Positions 10,323-19,987 of a DNA stretch of 64,000 nucleotides are shown here, one piece after another (the stretch's first letter is position 1; every line of letters starts with the position of its first letter). Source of the stretch: Rhodoferax sp. (GTDB taxonomy: Bacteria > Pseudomonadota > Gammaproteobacteria > Burkholderiales > Burkholderiaceae_C); NCBI GenBank assembly GCA_030645355.1, contig JAUSNJ010000162.1, positions 19,031-83,030 of the forward strand, given 5' to 3'. The notes beneath the pieces were generated by a model, which ran no database searches, was not told the DNA's origin, and was given only the letters and a program-made list of their open reading frames with translations. The translations under genes and the position numbers were made by a program.

Positions 10323-12575
10323 ATGCACCATCACACCTTCCCCACGCGCCCCATTGCGGCGGCCGTTTCCCTTGCCTTGTTGACCATGGGCAGCGCCTGG
10401 GCCCAGTCCAACCCCGCTGAAGCCAGCAAGGACGGCATGAACTTCGACCAGATCGTGGTCACCGGCACGTCCACCGCAAAATCCAAGATGAAGCAAAGCG
10501 TGTCCGTCAGCACGCTGAGCGCCGAGCAGATGGAAAAGACCGGCGCCACCAGTGCGGCCGAACTGCTGCGCGCCATTCCTGGCGTGCGCTCGGAATCGTC
10601 CGGCGGTGAGGGCAATGCCAACATCACGGTGCGCGGCGTGCCCCTGTCGGCCGGTGGATCGCGCTACGTGCAACTGCAGGAAGACGGCTTGCCGCTGGTC
10701 CTGTTTGGCGACGTGTCGTTTGGCACGGCCGACCAGTTCCTGCGGGCCGACTTCAACGTGGACCGGCTGGAAGTGATCCGCGGCGGATCGGCCTCCACAC
10801 TGGCCACCAACTCACCCGGCGGCATCGTCAACTTCATCAGCAAGACCGGCGCGGAAGCCGGTGGATCCGCCGCGCTGACGGCCGGTCTGCAACAGCGCCA
10901 GACCCGCCTGGATGTGGACTATGGCGGCAGCCTGGGACCGCGCACCACCTTCCACATCGGTGGCTTTCAGCGCACCGGTGAGGGCGCGCGTGCGGCTGGT
11001 TTCAACACCGAAAACGGTGGCCAGATCCGTGCCAACATCACCCAGCAACTGGACAACGGCTACATCCGCTTCAGCGTGAAGTCGCTGGAAGACCGCACAC
11101 CCACGCTGCTGCCGGTGCCGGTCACGGTGTCCAACGGGCAAATCAACGCCATCAATGGCATCGATCCGCGCACTGCCTTCTTCATCACACCGTCCCTGCC
11201 AACCGACCGCTCGCTGAACCACGATGGCGGCTTCACGACCAGCAACACCCGCGACGGACTGCGCATCCAGAGCAACGCCTTTGGATTTGAGGGCCAGTTG
11301 AAGCTGGGCGACGGCTGGACGCTGGACGAGAAGTTCCGCCGCTCCAGTAACTCCGGCCGCTTCATCGGGCTGTTCCCGGCCGACAACGGCAACAATGGCA
11401 AGAACGCCTTCTTCACCGCCACGCTGTTCAACACTTCGCTGGACGATTTCGGCAACACCTTCAACGACATCAAGGTCTCCAAGGCCTTTGATGCCGGCGT
11501 GGGCAAGGTCACGGCGGTGGCCGGCGTGTTCACCGGTGTGCAGACCATTGCACAGACCTGGTTCTGGAACCAGTACAACATGGCCATGACCGGCACCAAC
11601 GCACAGGTCGTCAATGCCGTGGGCGCACCCAGCTCGGCGCCGGTGACAAGCGGTTTTGACACATGGGGCGGATGCTGCGCCAGGACCTGGGACGTGCAGT
11701 ACAACCAGACGGCACCGTACCTGGCCCTGACGGTGGACGCCGGTGCGCTGACCGTGGATGCCAGCGTGCGCAGCGACAACCAGAAGGCCAGCGGCTACAC
11801 CCTGTCGTCCAACGCCACGACCAAGACCTGGGACCCGACCTCGCAGAAGAACGTCAACTACGACGTGTCGCACAACTCCTACTCGCTGGGCGCCAACTAC
11901 ACCATCAACCGCGACCTGTCGCTGTTTGCCCGCAGCAGCGATGGCGTGGCGTTCAGCGCCGACCGCCTGCTGTATGGCAATCCGCTGGACGGCTCGGTGC
12001 CGATTGCCCTGAACCAGATCCAGCAACAGGAAGCCGGTGTGAAGTGGCGCAGTGGCGGCTTCAGCCTGTTCTCGACGCTGTTCAGCGCCCGCACCACCGA
12101 GAGCAACTACGAGGCCACGACGCAGAAGTTCACCGCCAACAAGTACTCGTCCAGCGGTCTGGAACTGGAAGCCGTGTGGAACGTGGGTGACTTCCGCATT
12201 GCCGGCGGCACGACCTGGACCAACGCCAAGATCACCGACTCCAACGACGCCAGCACGGTCGGCAAGAAGCCGCGCCGCCAGGCCGACTTTGTGTACCAGC
12301 TGGCACCATCGGTGAGCTTTGACTCCCTGGAACTGGGCGCCGCATTGGTCGGCACCGGTGACTCGTATGGTGACGATGCCAACACCATCACCATGGCCGG
12401 CTTCACCACGGTCAATGCCTTTGCCAACTACCGCATCAACGCCAAGACACAGCTGTCCTTGCGGGTGAACAACCTGTTCAACACGCTGGGCTATACCGAG
12501 ATTGAAGGCGACGGCCATGCGGCCCGCGCCGTCAACGGTCGCTCGGCCAGCGTTCAGTTGAAGTATTCTTTCTAA
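10323..12575 (+). CDS. TonB-dependent receptor (probably sucrose/alpha-glucoside)
   Basis: Signal peptide, DQIVVTG TonB box, plug motif EVIRGG, C-terminal ...QLKYSF; AGGAG RBS. Confidence 0.9.
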   Translation: MHHHTFPTRPIAAAVSLALLTMGSAWAQSNPAEASKDGMNFDQIVVTGTSTAKSKMKQSVSVSTLSAEQMEKTGATSAAELLRAIPGVRSESSGGEGNANITVRGVPLSAGGSRYVQLQEDGLPLVLFGDVSFGTADQFLRADFNVDRLEVIRGGSASTLATNSPGGIVNFISKTGAEAGGSAALTAGLQQRQTRLDVDYGGSLGPRTTFHIGGFQRTGEGARAAGFNTENGGQIRANITQQLDNGYIRFSVKSLEDRTPTLLPVPVTVSNGQINAINGIDPRTAFFITPSLPTDRSLNHDGGFTTSNTRDGLRIQSNAFGFEGQLKLGDGWTLDEKFRRSSNSGRFIGLFPADNGNNGKNAFFTATLFNTSLDDFGNTFNDIKVSKAFDAGVGKVTAVAGVFTGVQTIAQTWFWNQYNMAMTGTNAQVVNAVGAPSSAPVTSGFDTWGGCCARTWDVQYNQTAPYLALTVDAGALTVDASVRSDNQKASGYTLSSNATTKTWDPTSQKNVNYDVSHNSYSLGANYTINRDLSLFARSSDGVAFSADRLLYGNPLDGSVPIALNQIQQQEAGVKWRSGGFSLFSTLFSARTTESNYEATTQKFTANKYSSSGLELEAVWNVGDFRIAGGTTWTNAKITDSNDASTVGKKPRRQADFVYQLAPSVSFDSLELGAALVGTGDSYGDDANTITMAGFTTVNAFANYRINAKTQLSLRVNNLFNTLGYTEIEGDGHAARAVNGRSASVQLKYSF

Positions 12576-12604
12576 GGTCGGCAACGAGGTCTCACAGTCA
12601 CCGC

Positions 12605-13612
12605 ATGATGAACGACAACGACAGTTCGAACCCGGCGCCAGCCACGCCATCGGGCCACAAGCCGGATGCCGTGCTGGTGCTGGGCGAGGCCCTGGTGGAC
12701 CTGTTTGACAGCGGTCCGCAAGCCGGCGGTGCACCCTTCAATGTGGCCCGTTCGCTGGCGGCCTTGCAGGTACCGGTGACCTTCATCACCCGGCTGGGAG
12801 ACAACGATCCGTGGGCCGAAGTGCTGTTGCAAAGTGCCCGCGACTTCGGCCTTGGCCTGCACGGTATTCAGAAAGATGCCTTGCACCCCACGGGCACGGT
12901 GCAGGTGGTGCAAAAGGGCGCGGCGCACAGCTTCCGCATTGCCGCCGACGTGGCCTGGGACTATATCGATGCAGCGCAGGCGCGGGTGGTCCTGGATGCC
13001 GCCCCGCCCCCAGCCTTTGTCTACTTTGGAACACTGGCCCAGCGCCATGCGGTGTCCCGAAAGACGATCCGGGAGGTCTTGTGCGCCACCAGCGCCGTGC
13101 GCTATCTGGATCTGAATTTGCGCGACGGCCCCGACAACCGGCGACTGGCCGAGGAGTCGCTGGAGCTGGCGGATTGGGTCAAGGTCAACGACGAAGAACT
13201 GGTGCAGTTACTGGCCTGGCAGGGTGGTGCCAGCATGCATTCGGAAAAATGGGGCTCGCCCGCGTTCCAACGCGGCGTTGCCAGCCTGGTGGAGCGGTTT
13301 CAACTGCAGCGCCTGATCGTGACACGTGGCCCCCACGGCTACGCCAGTTTTGACGCGGCGGGCCACTGCGAGGCCGAGGGTGCCGGGATAGACGTAGCCC
13401 AGGTGGTGGACACGGTTGGCGCGGGCGACGGCTTCAGCGCCATGCTGCTGGCAGCCCAACTGGCCGGTCGCGCACTGCCCTGGTCGCTGGAACTGGCCAA
13501 CGAATATGCGGCCGCAATCTGCGGGCACCGTGGCCCGATGAGCCACAACCTGCAAAGCTACGCCGCATGGCGCAAGCGGCTGGGCGCCAGCACCACCTGC
13601 AACGCCATCTGA
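12605..13612 (+). CDS. PfkB-family carbohydrate kinase (fructokinase-like)
   Basis: GEALVD, GGAPFNVA, DLNLR, KVNDEE, DTVGAGDGF motifs. Confidence 0.88.
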   Translation: MMNDNDSSNPAPATPSGHKPDAVLVLGEALVDLFDSGPQAGGAPFNVARSLAALQVPVTFITRLGDNDPWAEVLLQSARDFGLGLHGIQKDALHPTGTVQVVQKGAAHSFRIAADVAWDYIDAAQARVVLDAAPPPAFVYFGTLAQRHAVSRKTIREVLCATSAVRYLDLNLRDGPDNRRLAEESLELADWVKVNDEELVQLLAWQGGASMHSEKWGSPAFQRGVASLVERFQLQRLIVTRGPHGYASFDAAGHCEAEGAGIDVAQVVDTVGAGDGFSAMLLAAQLAGRALPWSLELANEYAAAICGHRGPMSHNLQSYAAWRKRLGASTTCNAI

Positions 13613-13642
13613 CCTGACACCACAACACAAGAAGAACTTCTG

Positions 13643-14962
13643 ATGTCCCTCGCAAAACCGCATTTGTCGATCTGGCAAATCATCAACATGAATGTCGGCT
13701 TCTTCGGCATCCAGTTCAGCTTTGGCCTGCAGCAAAGCAATATGAGCCCGATCTACAAATACCTGGGTGCCAACGAGGCCACCCTGCCCCTGCTGTGGCT
13801 GGCCGGGCCCATGACGGGCCTGCTGGTGCAGCCCATCATCGGCGCCATGAGCGACCGCACCGTGTCGCGCTGGGGCCGGCGCACACCCTATTTCATGATC
13901 GGCGCCATCCTGTGCAGCCTGGGCCTGCTGGCCATGCCCATGAGCCCCACGCTGTGGTTTGCGGCCGGTCTGCTGTGGATACTGGACGCGGCCAACAACG
14001 TGACCATGGAGCCGTACCGGGCCTACGTCAGTGACCGCCTGGACCGTGAGCAGCACTCGCTGGGCTTTCTGACCCAGAGTGCTTTCACCGGCCTGGCCCA
14101 AACCCTGGCCTACCTGATGCCGTCCATCCTGATTGGCCTGGGCATGAACCGAGACGCCGTGGGCGACAACCACATCCCGCAGGCCACCATGGCGGCCTTC
14201 GTGATGGGCGCCGTGTTCTCGCTGGTGACGGTGTGGTGGTCGGTGCGCAAGGTGCCCGAGCTGCCGTTGTCGGCCGAGACCATCCAGGAGATGCGCGCGC
14301 GCCCCACTGGCGGCTTGGCCACGCTGCGTGAGATCTGGTTGGCCGTCAAGGAAATGCCCAGCACCATGCGCAGACTGTGGTGGATGAAACTGTTCCAGTG
14401 GTACGGCATGATGTGCTACTGGATCTACATCGTGCCGTCTCTGGCCAAGACGCTGTTCCACACATCCGACGCCACGACCGCAGGTTTTCGCGAAGCGGGT
14501 TTGCTGAACGGGCAAATCGGTGGCTTCTACAACTTCATCGCATTTCTGTCGGCCTTTGCCATGGTGCCGTTCACCCGCCGCTTCGGCCCCAAGGTGGTCC
14601 ATGCGGTGTGTCTAACGCTGGCGGCAGCGGGCATGTGGGTGTTGCCGGACATTACCAACAAATGGTTGTTGTTTGTGCCCATGGTCGGCATAGGCATGGC
14701 CTGGGCCAGCATCATGGGCAACCCCTATATCCTGCTGGCAGGCTGCATCCCGCCGGAGCGCGCCGGTGTCTACATGGGCATCTTCAATATGTTCATCGTG
14801 ATCCCGATGCTGATCCAGATGGTCACCCTGCCGCTCTACTACGACGCGCTGCTGGGCGGCAAGCCCGACAACGTCATCCGCCTCGCCGGTGTGCTGCTGC
14901 TCTGTGCCGCGGCGGCCGTGCTGATGGTGGACACCAAGAACACAAACAGCGCTACCCGATAA
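13643..14962 (+). CDS. MFS sugar transporter (sucrose/maltose permease-like)
   Basis: About 12 hydrophobic segments; [32 protein letters not shown] motifs. Confidence 0.88.
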   Translation: MSLAKPHLSIWQIINMNVGFFGIQFSFGLQQSNMSPIYKYLGANEATLPLLWLAGPMTGLLVQPIIGAMSDRTVSRWGRRTPYFMIGAILCSLGLLAMPMSPTLWFAAGLLWILDAANNVTMEPYRAYVSDRLDREQHSLGFLTQSAFTGLAQTLAYLMPSILIGLGMNRDAVGDNHIPQATMAAFVMGAVFSLVTVWWSVRKVPELPLSAETIQEMRARPTGGLATLREIWLAVKEMPSTMRRLWWMKLFQWYGMMCYWIYIVPSLAKTLFHTSDATTAGFREAGLLNGQIGGFYNFIAFLSAFAMVPFTRRFGPKVVHAVCLTLAAAGMWVLPDITNKWLLFVPMVGIGMAWASIMGNPYILLAGCIPPERAGVYMGIFNMFIVIPMLIQMVTLPLYYDALLGGKPDNVIRLAGVLLLCAAAAVLMVDTKNTNSATR

Positions 14963-14970
14963 CACCAACA

Positions 14971-16446
14971 ATGAAAAACCAGGTTCAACTCATCACGTAC
15001 GTAGACCGGCTGGGCGGGGGCAACCTGCAGCAGCTGACCCAATTGCTGGACGGCCCCTTAAGAGATGTTTTTGGCGGCGTGCACTTGCTGCCTTTCTTTG
15101 ATGCCATTGACGGTGCCGACGCCGGCTTTGACCCCAAGGACCACACCCGGGTCGATCCGCGCCTGGGCGATTGGGACGACATACGCGCCCTGACCGCCGT
15201 GGTGGATGTGATGGCCGACGCCATCGTCAACCACATGTCCAGCGAGTCGCCGCAGTTCAAAGACTACTGCGCCCATGGCGATGCGTCGCCATACGCAGGC
15301 CTGTTTCTGAGCATGGGCACGGTGTTTCCGCAGGGCGCCAGCGAACAGGATTTGCTGGCCATCTACCGCCCGCGCCCGGGCCTGCCCTTTGTGTCCACGG
15401 TGCTGGGCAATGGGCAGAAGAAGATGCTGTGGACCACGTTCACGCCGCAGCAAATCGACATCGATGTGCTGCACGCGCAGGGCCAGGCCTACCTGCGCTC
15501 CATCTTGCAGCGCTTTGCCGACAACGGCATCCGCATGATCCGCCTGGATGCCGCGGGCTACGCCATCAAGAAGGCGGGCACCAGCTGCTTCATGCTGCCC
15601 GAGACCTTTGACTTCATCGCCGCGTTTGCAGCGCAAGCCCAAGCCCTGGGCATGGAAGTGCTGGTCGAGATCCACTCCTACTTCCAGCGCCAGATTGAGA
15701 TCGCCAAGCGCGTGGACTGGGTCTATGACTTTGCGCTGCCACCGCTGGTGCTGCACACCTTTTTCTTCGGCAACAGCCAGGCGCTGAAGGACTGGATTCG
15801 CATCCGCCCCGAAAACGCCCTCACCGTACTGGACACGCACGACGGCATTGGCATCATTGACATTGGCGCCGACCCGGCAGACCGTGCACAGCACCCCGGC
15901 CTGCTCGCTCCCGGGCAACTCGACCAGTTGGTTGAACGCATCCATGCCAACAGCCAGGGGCAAAGCCGGCAGGCTACTGGCGCCGCGGCCTCCAACCTCG
16001 ACCTGTACCAGGTCAACTGCACCTTCTACGACGCACTGGGGCGCAACGACCGCGCCTACCTGCTGGCGCGCGCCATCCAGCTCTTCATGCCCGGCGTGCC
16101 GCAGATTTATTATGTCGGCCTGCTGGCCGGCGAAAACGACATGGACCTGCTGGCCCACAGCGGCGTGGGCCGCGACATCAACCGCCAGCGTTTCAGCCCT
16201 GCGGACATTGAAGTGGCATTGCAGAAGCCGGTGGTGCGGGATTTGCTGGCCCTGATCCGGTTGCGCAACACCAGCGACGCGTTCAACGGCCGCTTTGAAC
16301 TGCTGGAGTCACCGGACACGACGCTGCACCTGCAGTGGGTTTGCGGCGCGTCAAAGGCGGAACTGTTCATAGACTTCAGTGACCTGAGCTACCAGATCAC
16401 CTGCGATGACGGGGCCAGCGGCACCATCCACACCTTACACGCGTGA
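14971..16446 (+). CDS. gtfA: sucrose phosphorylase (GH13_18)
   Basis: MKNQVQLITYVDR, DAGFDP, YRPRP, RLDAAGY, EIH, LDTHDGIG, NLDLYQVN, matching Bifidobacterium-type sucrose phosphorylase signatures; the ORF-track upstream extension overlaps the MFS gene and is not used. Confidence 0.93.
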   Translation: MKNQVQLITYVDRLGGGNLQQLTQLLDGPLRDVFGGVHLLPFFDAIDGADAGFDPKDHTRVDPRLGDWDDIRALTAVVDVMADAIVNHMSSESPQFKDYCAHGDASPYAGLFLSMGTVFPQGASEQDLLAIYRPRPGLPFVSTVLGNGQKKMLWTTFTPQQIDIDVLHAQGQAYLRSILQRFADNGIRMIRLDAAGYAIKKAGTSCFMLPETFDFIAAFAAQAQALGMEVLVEIHSYFQRQIEIAKRVDWVYDFALPPLVLHTFFFGNSQALKDWIRIRPENALTVLDTHDGIGIIDIGADPADRAQHPGLLAPGQLDQLVERIHANSQGQSRQATGAAASNLDLYQVNCTFYDALGRNDRAYLLARAIQLFMPGVPQIYYVGLLAGENDMDLLAHSGVGRDINRQRFSPADIEVALQKPVVRDLLALIRLRNTSDAFNGRFELLESPDTTLHLQWVCGASKAELFIDFSDLSYQITCDDGASGTIHTLHA

Positions 16447-16515
16447 AGGCTTGGTAGCGGGGATCAGAAAAGGGCGATTCGGGGTGGTGCGGGTAGTTTC
16501 ATGACCCGCGCTGTT

Positions 16516-16539
16516 GTGGCACTTCGGTGCCACTTTTTT
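16516..16539 (+). terminator. intrinsic terminator of the sucrose operon
   Basis: GTGGCAC-TTCG-GTGCCAC followed by TTTTTT. Confidence 0.85.
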
Positions 16540-16608
16540 GTTGACGACGGCATTCGCTGCTATGGCATGCGCTGCAACCCATATCCCATGGCATTTGGTT
16601 CACGCCAA

Positions 16609-16810
16609 ACTATCAATATGATAGCAATAGGTGCTTATTCCACGAGGGCTATCGGCCGTTTTTTGCACACAACGACTTGGCACGGGGCGCCGCCAGTGCA
16701 AACCGCCCTGCCGCGCCACTGGCCCCACCCTCCCCACCCAGGCTGGTGGATCGGGTGTTCGGGCGCTAGCCCTCGTGGAATAAGTGCACACAGCTACATT
16801 TACGATAGCA
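16609..16810. repeat. fixed-spacing dispersed repeat, copies 3 (-, 16609-16664) and 4 (+, 16761-16810), divergent pair
   Basis: Both carry TAGCCCTCGTGGAATAAG and GCTA-N9-TAG(C/T). Confidence 0.8.
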
Positions 16811-16847
16811 ATCTCCCAAGACCACTGCGCCAGCGTGGGGACCAGAT

Positions 16848-17459
16848 TCAATTGCCCGGCAGTTTGACGATGACCTTGCGCACCCCGTTGGGTGGTGCCG
16901 GAAAGTCGGCCAGTGCCGCTTCGAACATCGCCGGGAACATCTTCTCCCCATCGAACCAACTCCGCTCGTTGGTGGCGGTGCTTTCATACACCACGGTGCC
17001 GGCGCGCAGGTCGCGAATCTCCAGCCGCACGCGTGACACATGCACCGTGCTATCCGGCCACAGTGGTCCGTAGAACACGCGGCCATGCCAACGGCGCGAG
17101 CGGCCAAACGGCGCGGCGGAGAAGCGCCCAAAGAAGGGGTCGGGGTAGACCAACACAGCGTCCGACGTGGCGGCGCTCACCTGCACGCTGAACTGCGGGC
17201 TGGCGTCATTGCGGGTAAAGCCTCGCTTCTCCAGCGCCGCCTGCGCCATCTGTTCGAACGCCAGCGTTTGCTTGGGGTCCTGGTACTGCGAGGGCAAGCG
17301 CTCAAAGGTGAACGGCCCGGCCTGGGTGCTGACGGGCGCGCTGGCAAAGCTCAGCACGTCACTTTCCAGCGTTGAAACCGAGGCACAGCCCGTCAAGAGG
17401 GCCGAGAGTGCCAGTATGGCCGTAACGAGGGGCCTGGAAAAGGGGTTGCGCGTACTCAT
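16848..17459 (-). CDS. DUF4136-like lipoprotein
   Basis: Lipobox LLTGC, TFERLPSQ, VVYESTA...ALADFP; GGAGA RBS. Confidence 0.75.
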   Translation of the reverse strand: MSTRNPFSRPLVTAILALSALLTGCASVSTLESDVLSFASAPVSTQAGPFTFERLPSQYQDPKQTLAFEQMAQAALEKRGFTRNDASPQFSVQVSAATSDAVLVYPDPFFGRFSAAPFGRSRRWHGRVFYGPLWPDSTVHVSRVRLEIRDLRAGTVVYESTATNERSWFDGEKMFPAMFEAALADFPAPPNGVRKVIVKLPGN

Positions 17460-17569
17460 TACCATTCTCCACAAGGTGTTCCTGACAATCATGGCCCCAT
17501 TGGCCGCGCGATTCAAGTTAGCCTTGTAAATCCCCCAACGGCCTGCGGGTTCCCGCCATTATTTAATCC

Positions 17570-17623
17570 AAACTGGCCGCTAGCCCTCGTGAAATATACA
17601 CAATGCGCTGCAACTTTAATAGC
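17570..17623 (+). repeat. fixed-spacing dispersed repeat, copy 5 (overlaps the SBP stop codon)
   Basis: AAACTGGCCGCTAGCCCTCGTGAAATATACACAATGCGCTGCAACTTTAATAGC. Confidence 0.78.
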
Positions 17624-18746
17624 GCAACTTACCACCGGCACCGATCACGGCGATGTCGACGAAGCGGCTACCCGCGTTACTCCGGGAGAAGTCGACGCGG
17701 AAGCCGCCGAAGTCCAGGTCACCCATGCCGCGTAGCGCGCGCGCCAACGACGCTGCGCTGACCTCCCCTTCCTTGCTACGTCTGAGTGCTTCTCCAATGG
17801 TTCGTGCCGAGAGATAACCTTCCAACTGGAACGCGGTGTATTCACGCAACGCAGGGAAGGCACCCGTCATCGCGGCGCGAAAGTCACGTTGCAGGGGCAA
17901 GACCATGCCGTTGGGGTTGGGAAAAGTCTGTGCGATTCCCACGCCCCGCGCACCCTCAACACCCGCAAGCTTGACGACGAGTCCGGCGGGCACATACGAC
18001 AGCACAAAGATGGGTTGCGAAACGCCAGCCTTGCGCAGCGCGGCCACGCCTTCCGCCATGAACCGGGGCGCACCGACCACCAGCACGCCTTGCGCGCCGA
18101 ACTGTGCCGTCTGCTGCGCCGCCGCCGTAAGTTGCGCGGCTTGCGTTCCAGACTTCACGCCTTTCAATTCCATGCCCGCCAGACGCGCGGCCTCCTGCTC
18201 CGCGACCGCCACGCCGGAGCTTCCTATTGGAAGATCCTGGTACAGCACCGCCAGCTTTGTCATGCCCAGTGTTCTTGCGTGGTTGATGATTTTCTCAATC
18301 TGCTGCTTGTCGCCTGCGCGAATGTGGAAGAGCCGCGGATGGCCGGGCGTGCGCAAGGACTCCGCGCCGGGGATCGCATTCATCACGAGCATGTCGCCAC
18401 GGTCAAGCAGCTTGTCCGCCTGCATCCGGGTGAGCGCGGCCGAGCCAATGGGTGAAAGCAAGGCCACGGGCTTGCGCTGCAAGGCCTTGTCGAACTCCTG
18501 AGCGAATGCGTCGGGGGAGTAGCGGTCGTCCGCCTCGAAGTATGTGATCTTGTGCCCCCGGATGCCACCGGCCTGGTTGGCCTGTTTGGCATAGGCCTGG
18601 ATTCCCTGGCTGACTTCCGTCGCATCAGGCGCCGCAAGCACGGTGAAGGGGCCAATCTGCCCCAGGACGATATCCTGCGCCGCGGACATAAGCGGCACCG
18701 CCAGTGCCAACAACAGAACAGTGCGTGTGCGCAGGCCTGGCCACAT
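17616..18746 (-). CDS. LivJ-like (type I) solute-binding protein, orphan
   Basis: IVLGQIGPFT, GGIRG..I.....DD.Y, EGY, DFGGF.V.F motifs; start approximate. Confidence 0.8.
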   Translation of the reverse strand: MWPGLRTRTVLLLALAVPLMSAAQDIVLGQIGPFTVLAAPDATEVSQGIQAYAKQANQAGGIRGHKITYFEADDRYSPDAFAQEFDKALQRKPVALLSPIGSAALTRMQADKLLDRGDMLVMNAIPGAESLRTPGHPRLFHIRAGDKQQIEKIINHARTLGMTKLAVLYQDLPIGSSGVAVAEQEAARLAGMELKGVKSGTQAAQLTAAAQQTAQFGAQGVLVVGAPRFMAEGVAALRKAGVSQPIFVLSYVPAGLVVKLAGVEGARGVGIAQTFPNPNGMVLPLQRDFRAAMTGAFPALREYTAFQLEGYLSARTIGEALRRSKEGEVSAASLARALRGMGDLDFGGFRVDFSRSNAGSRFVDIAVIGAGGKLRY

Positions 18747-18866
18747 TGCATTTGTCAAAATATGTTTCCACCTTCGAGGACGCGTTATGTGTTGATCAAC
18801 GGTCCTGATTCGAAAGCCAAACAGGCGCGCCGTCTTCCACAAAGCGCGCAAACTTTCAGCGGCGGC

Positions 18867-19778
18867 TCACGGCCTAGGGTTTGTCCGGCCCTCGTCGGCT
18901 TCCCGGCGTCGCATCTGTCCCGGCGGCGTGTTGTACGCGCGCGTGAACGCCGTTGTCAGATGGCTTTGGCTGGAGAAGCCGGTTTCCGCAGCGACTTCCG
19001 CAATGGACTGGTCGCTGGCCAGCAACAGTTGGCGCGCCCGCGAGAGTCGGATCTTCAAAACGTAGTGATAGGGTGCGCAGCCCAGCGTGTTCCTGAAAAG
19101 GCGCACGAAATGCGCGGGGCTGAACCCAGCTATCTGCGCCAGTTGCGCAAGGGAAATGTCCCTTTCCAGATGTGCGGCAATCCATTCCTCCAGCCGCTGC
19201 ACCAGGCCTGTACTGAGTTTGCCGCGCTCGGCCCAGACACTGCCGCGGGCAGTGGCCCGCTGCTGCAGCCGCACCGCCACGCCCAGGGAGAGGGATTGGG
19301 CATACAACGGCCCATTGGGTGAGCCGTTCGCGGCTTCGGCGGCCATGCTTCGAAGAACCGCAGCCAGGCCTTCGTCGCGAAACTCGACCTCAGTTTTTTG
19401 TGGTTGTTGGCGCAGGCACTCCTGTAAACCCGGATCGGACAGATGGGCAAGGTCCACCTCGACGATGATCCGTCGAACGTCCTGGCATTCCCAGCGGATG
19501 CGGTTCATGTGGGTGCCTTTGGTGAATAGGCCGATGGCGCCGGGCATCAGGTCACAGTGAAAGGACTTTCTTCCATAGGTGAACTCGGCCTGTGCGCAGC
19601 CGCTGTCCAACATTGCCAGCATGGTGCTCTCCACCTCGGCGTTGCCGACTTCGACATGGGGGCTTGCCTCCACCCATCCCAGTGCGAACCCCTGCCATTG
19701 CGCAGCCGCCTCGGCATGGAGCAAGCTGCGCTCCCCGTGTGGATTGATCTCTACTTGTCCGCGAGGAGTGTTGTCCAT
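18867..19778 (-). CDS. AraC-family transcriptional regulator
   Basis: C-terminal LAQIAGFSPAHFVRLF...AETGFSSQSHLTTAF...PPG double HTH. Confidence 0.9.
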   Translation of the reverse strand: MDNTPRGQVEINPHGERSLLHAEAAAQWQGFALGWVEASPHVEVGNAEVESTMLAMLDSGCAQAEFTYGRKSFHCDLMPGAIGLFTKGTHMNRIRWECQDVRRIIVEVDLAHLSDPGLQECLRQQPQKTEVEFRDEGLAAVLRSMAAEAANGSPNGPLYAQSLSLGVAVRLQQRATARGSVWAERGKLSTGLVQRLEEWIAAHLERDISLAQLAQIAGFSPAHFVRLFRNTLGCAPYHYVLKIRLSRARQLLLASDQSIAEVAAETGFSSQSHLTTAFTRAYNTPPGQMRRREADEGRTNPRP

Positions 19779-19987
19779 GGAAAGCGCTTTTCTGCAACGG
19801 GGCCTGGGGCATTGATTTTGGCACCGGCACTGCCCCCGCGGCATACCGTTTCGCGATAGCTGTTAGGCGGGTGGTGATCTCCGTATTTACCCTGGATGCG
19901 GCGCGTTCCTTGCAAATCCGATTGGAATTTGCAAGACGCATGAGGCTGTCCGCGGTGCAATCCACCCCTATTTCACAGGAGACAGTT

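Noticed and set aside
10812-12734. 640-aa minus-strand ORF (and similar long antisense ORFs at 221-1396, 2617-4008, 13208-14602, 33377-34882, 61665-63059)
   Set aside because: Shadow frames of strongly codon-biased real genes; no recognisable domains.
14377-14970. N-terminal extension making sucrose phosphorylase 689 aa
   Set aside because: Overlaps the MFS gene in another frame; the family N-terminus MKNQVQLITY begins at 14971.
16447-16539. Possible sRNA after sucrose phosphorylase (extra hairpin GCGGGT...ACCCGC)
   Set aside because: Adequately explained as a 3' UTR plus terminator; no recognisable family or promoter.
16501-17073. 190-aa ORF across the intergenic repeats
   Set aside because: Runs through the terminator, two repeat copies and the antisense of the lipoprotein gene; no RBS or motifs.
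16609-17623. Three nearby repeat copies considered as a CRISPR array or attC cassettes
   Set aside because: Mixed orientation, irregular spacing, degenerate sequence, and no cas or integrase gene.
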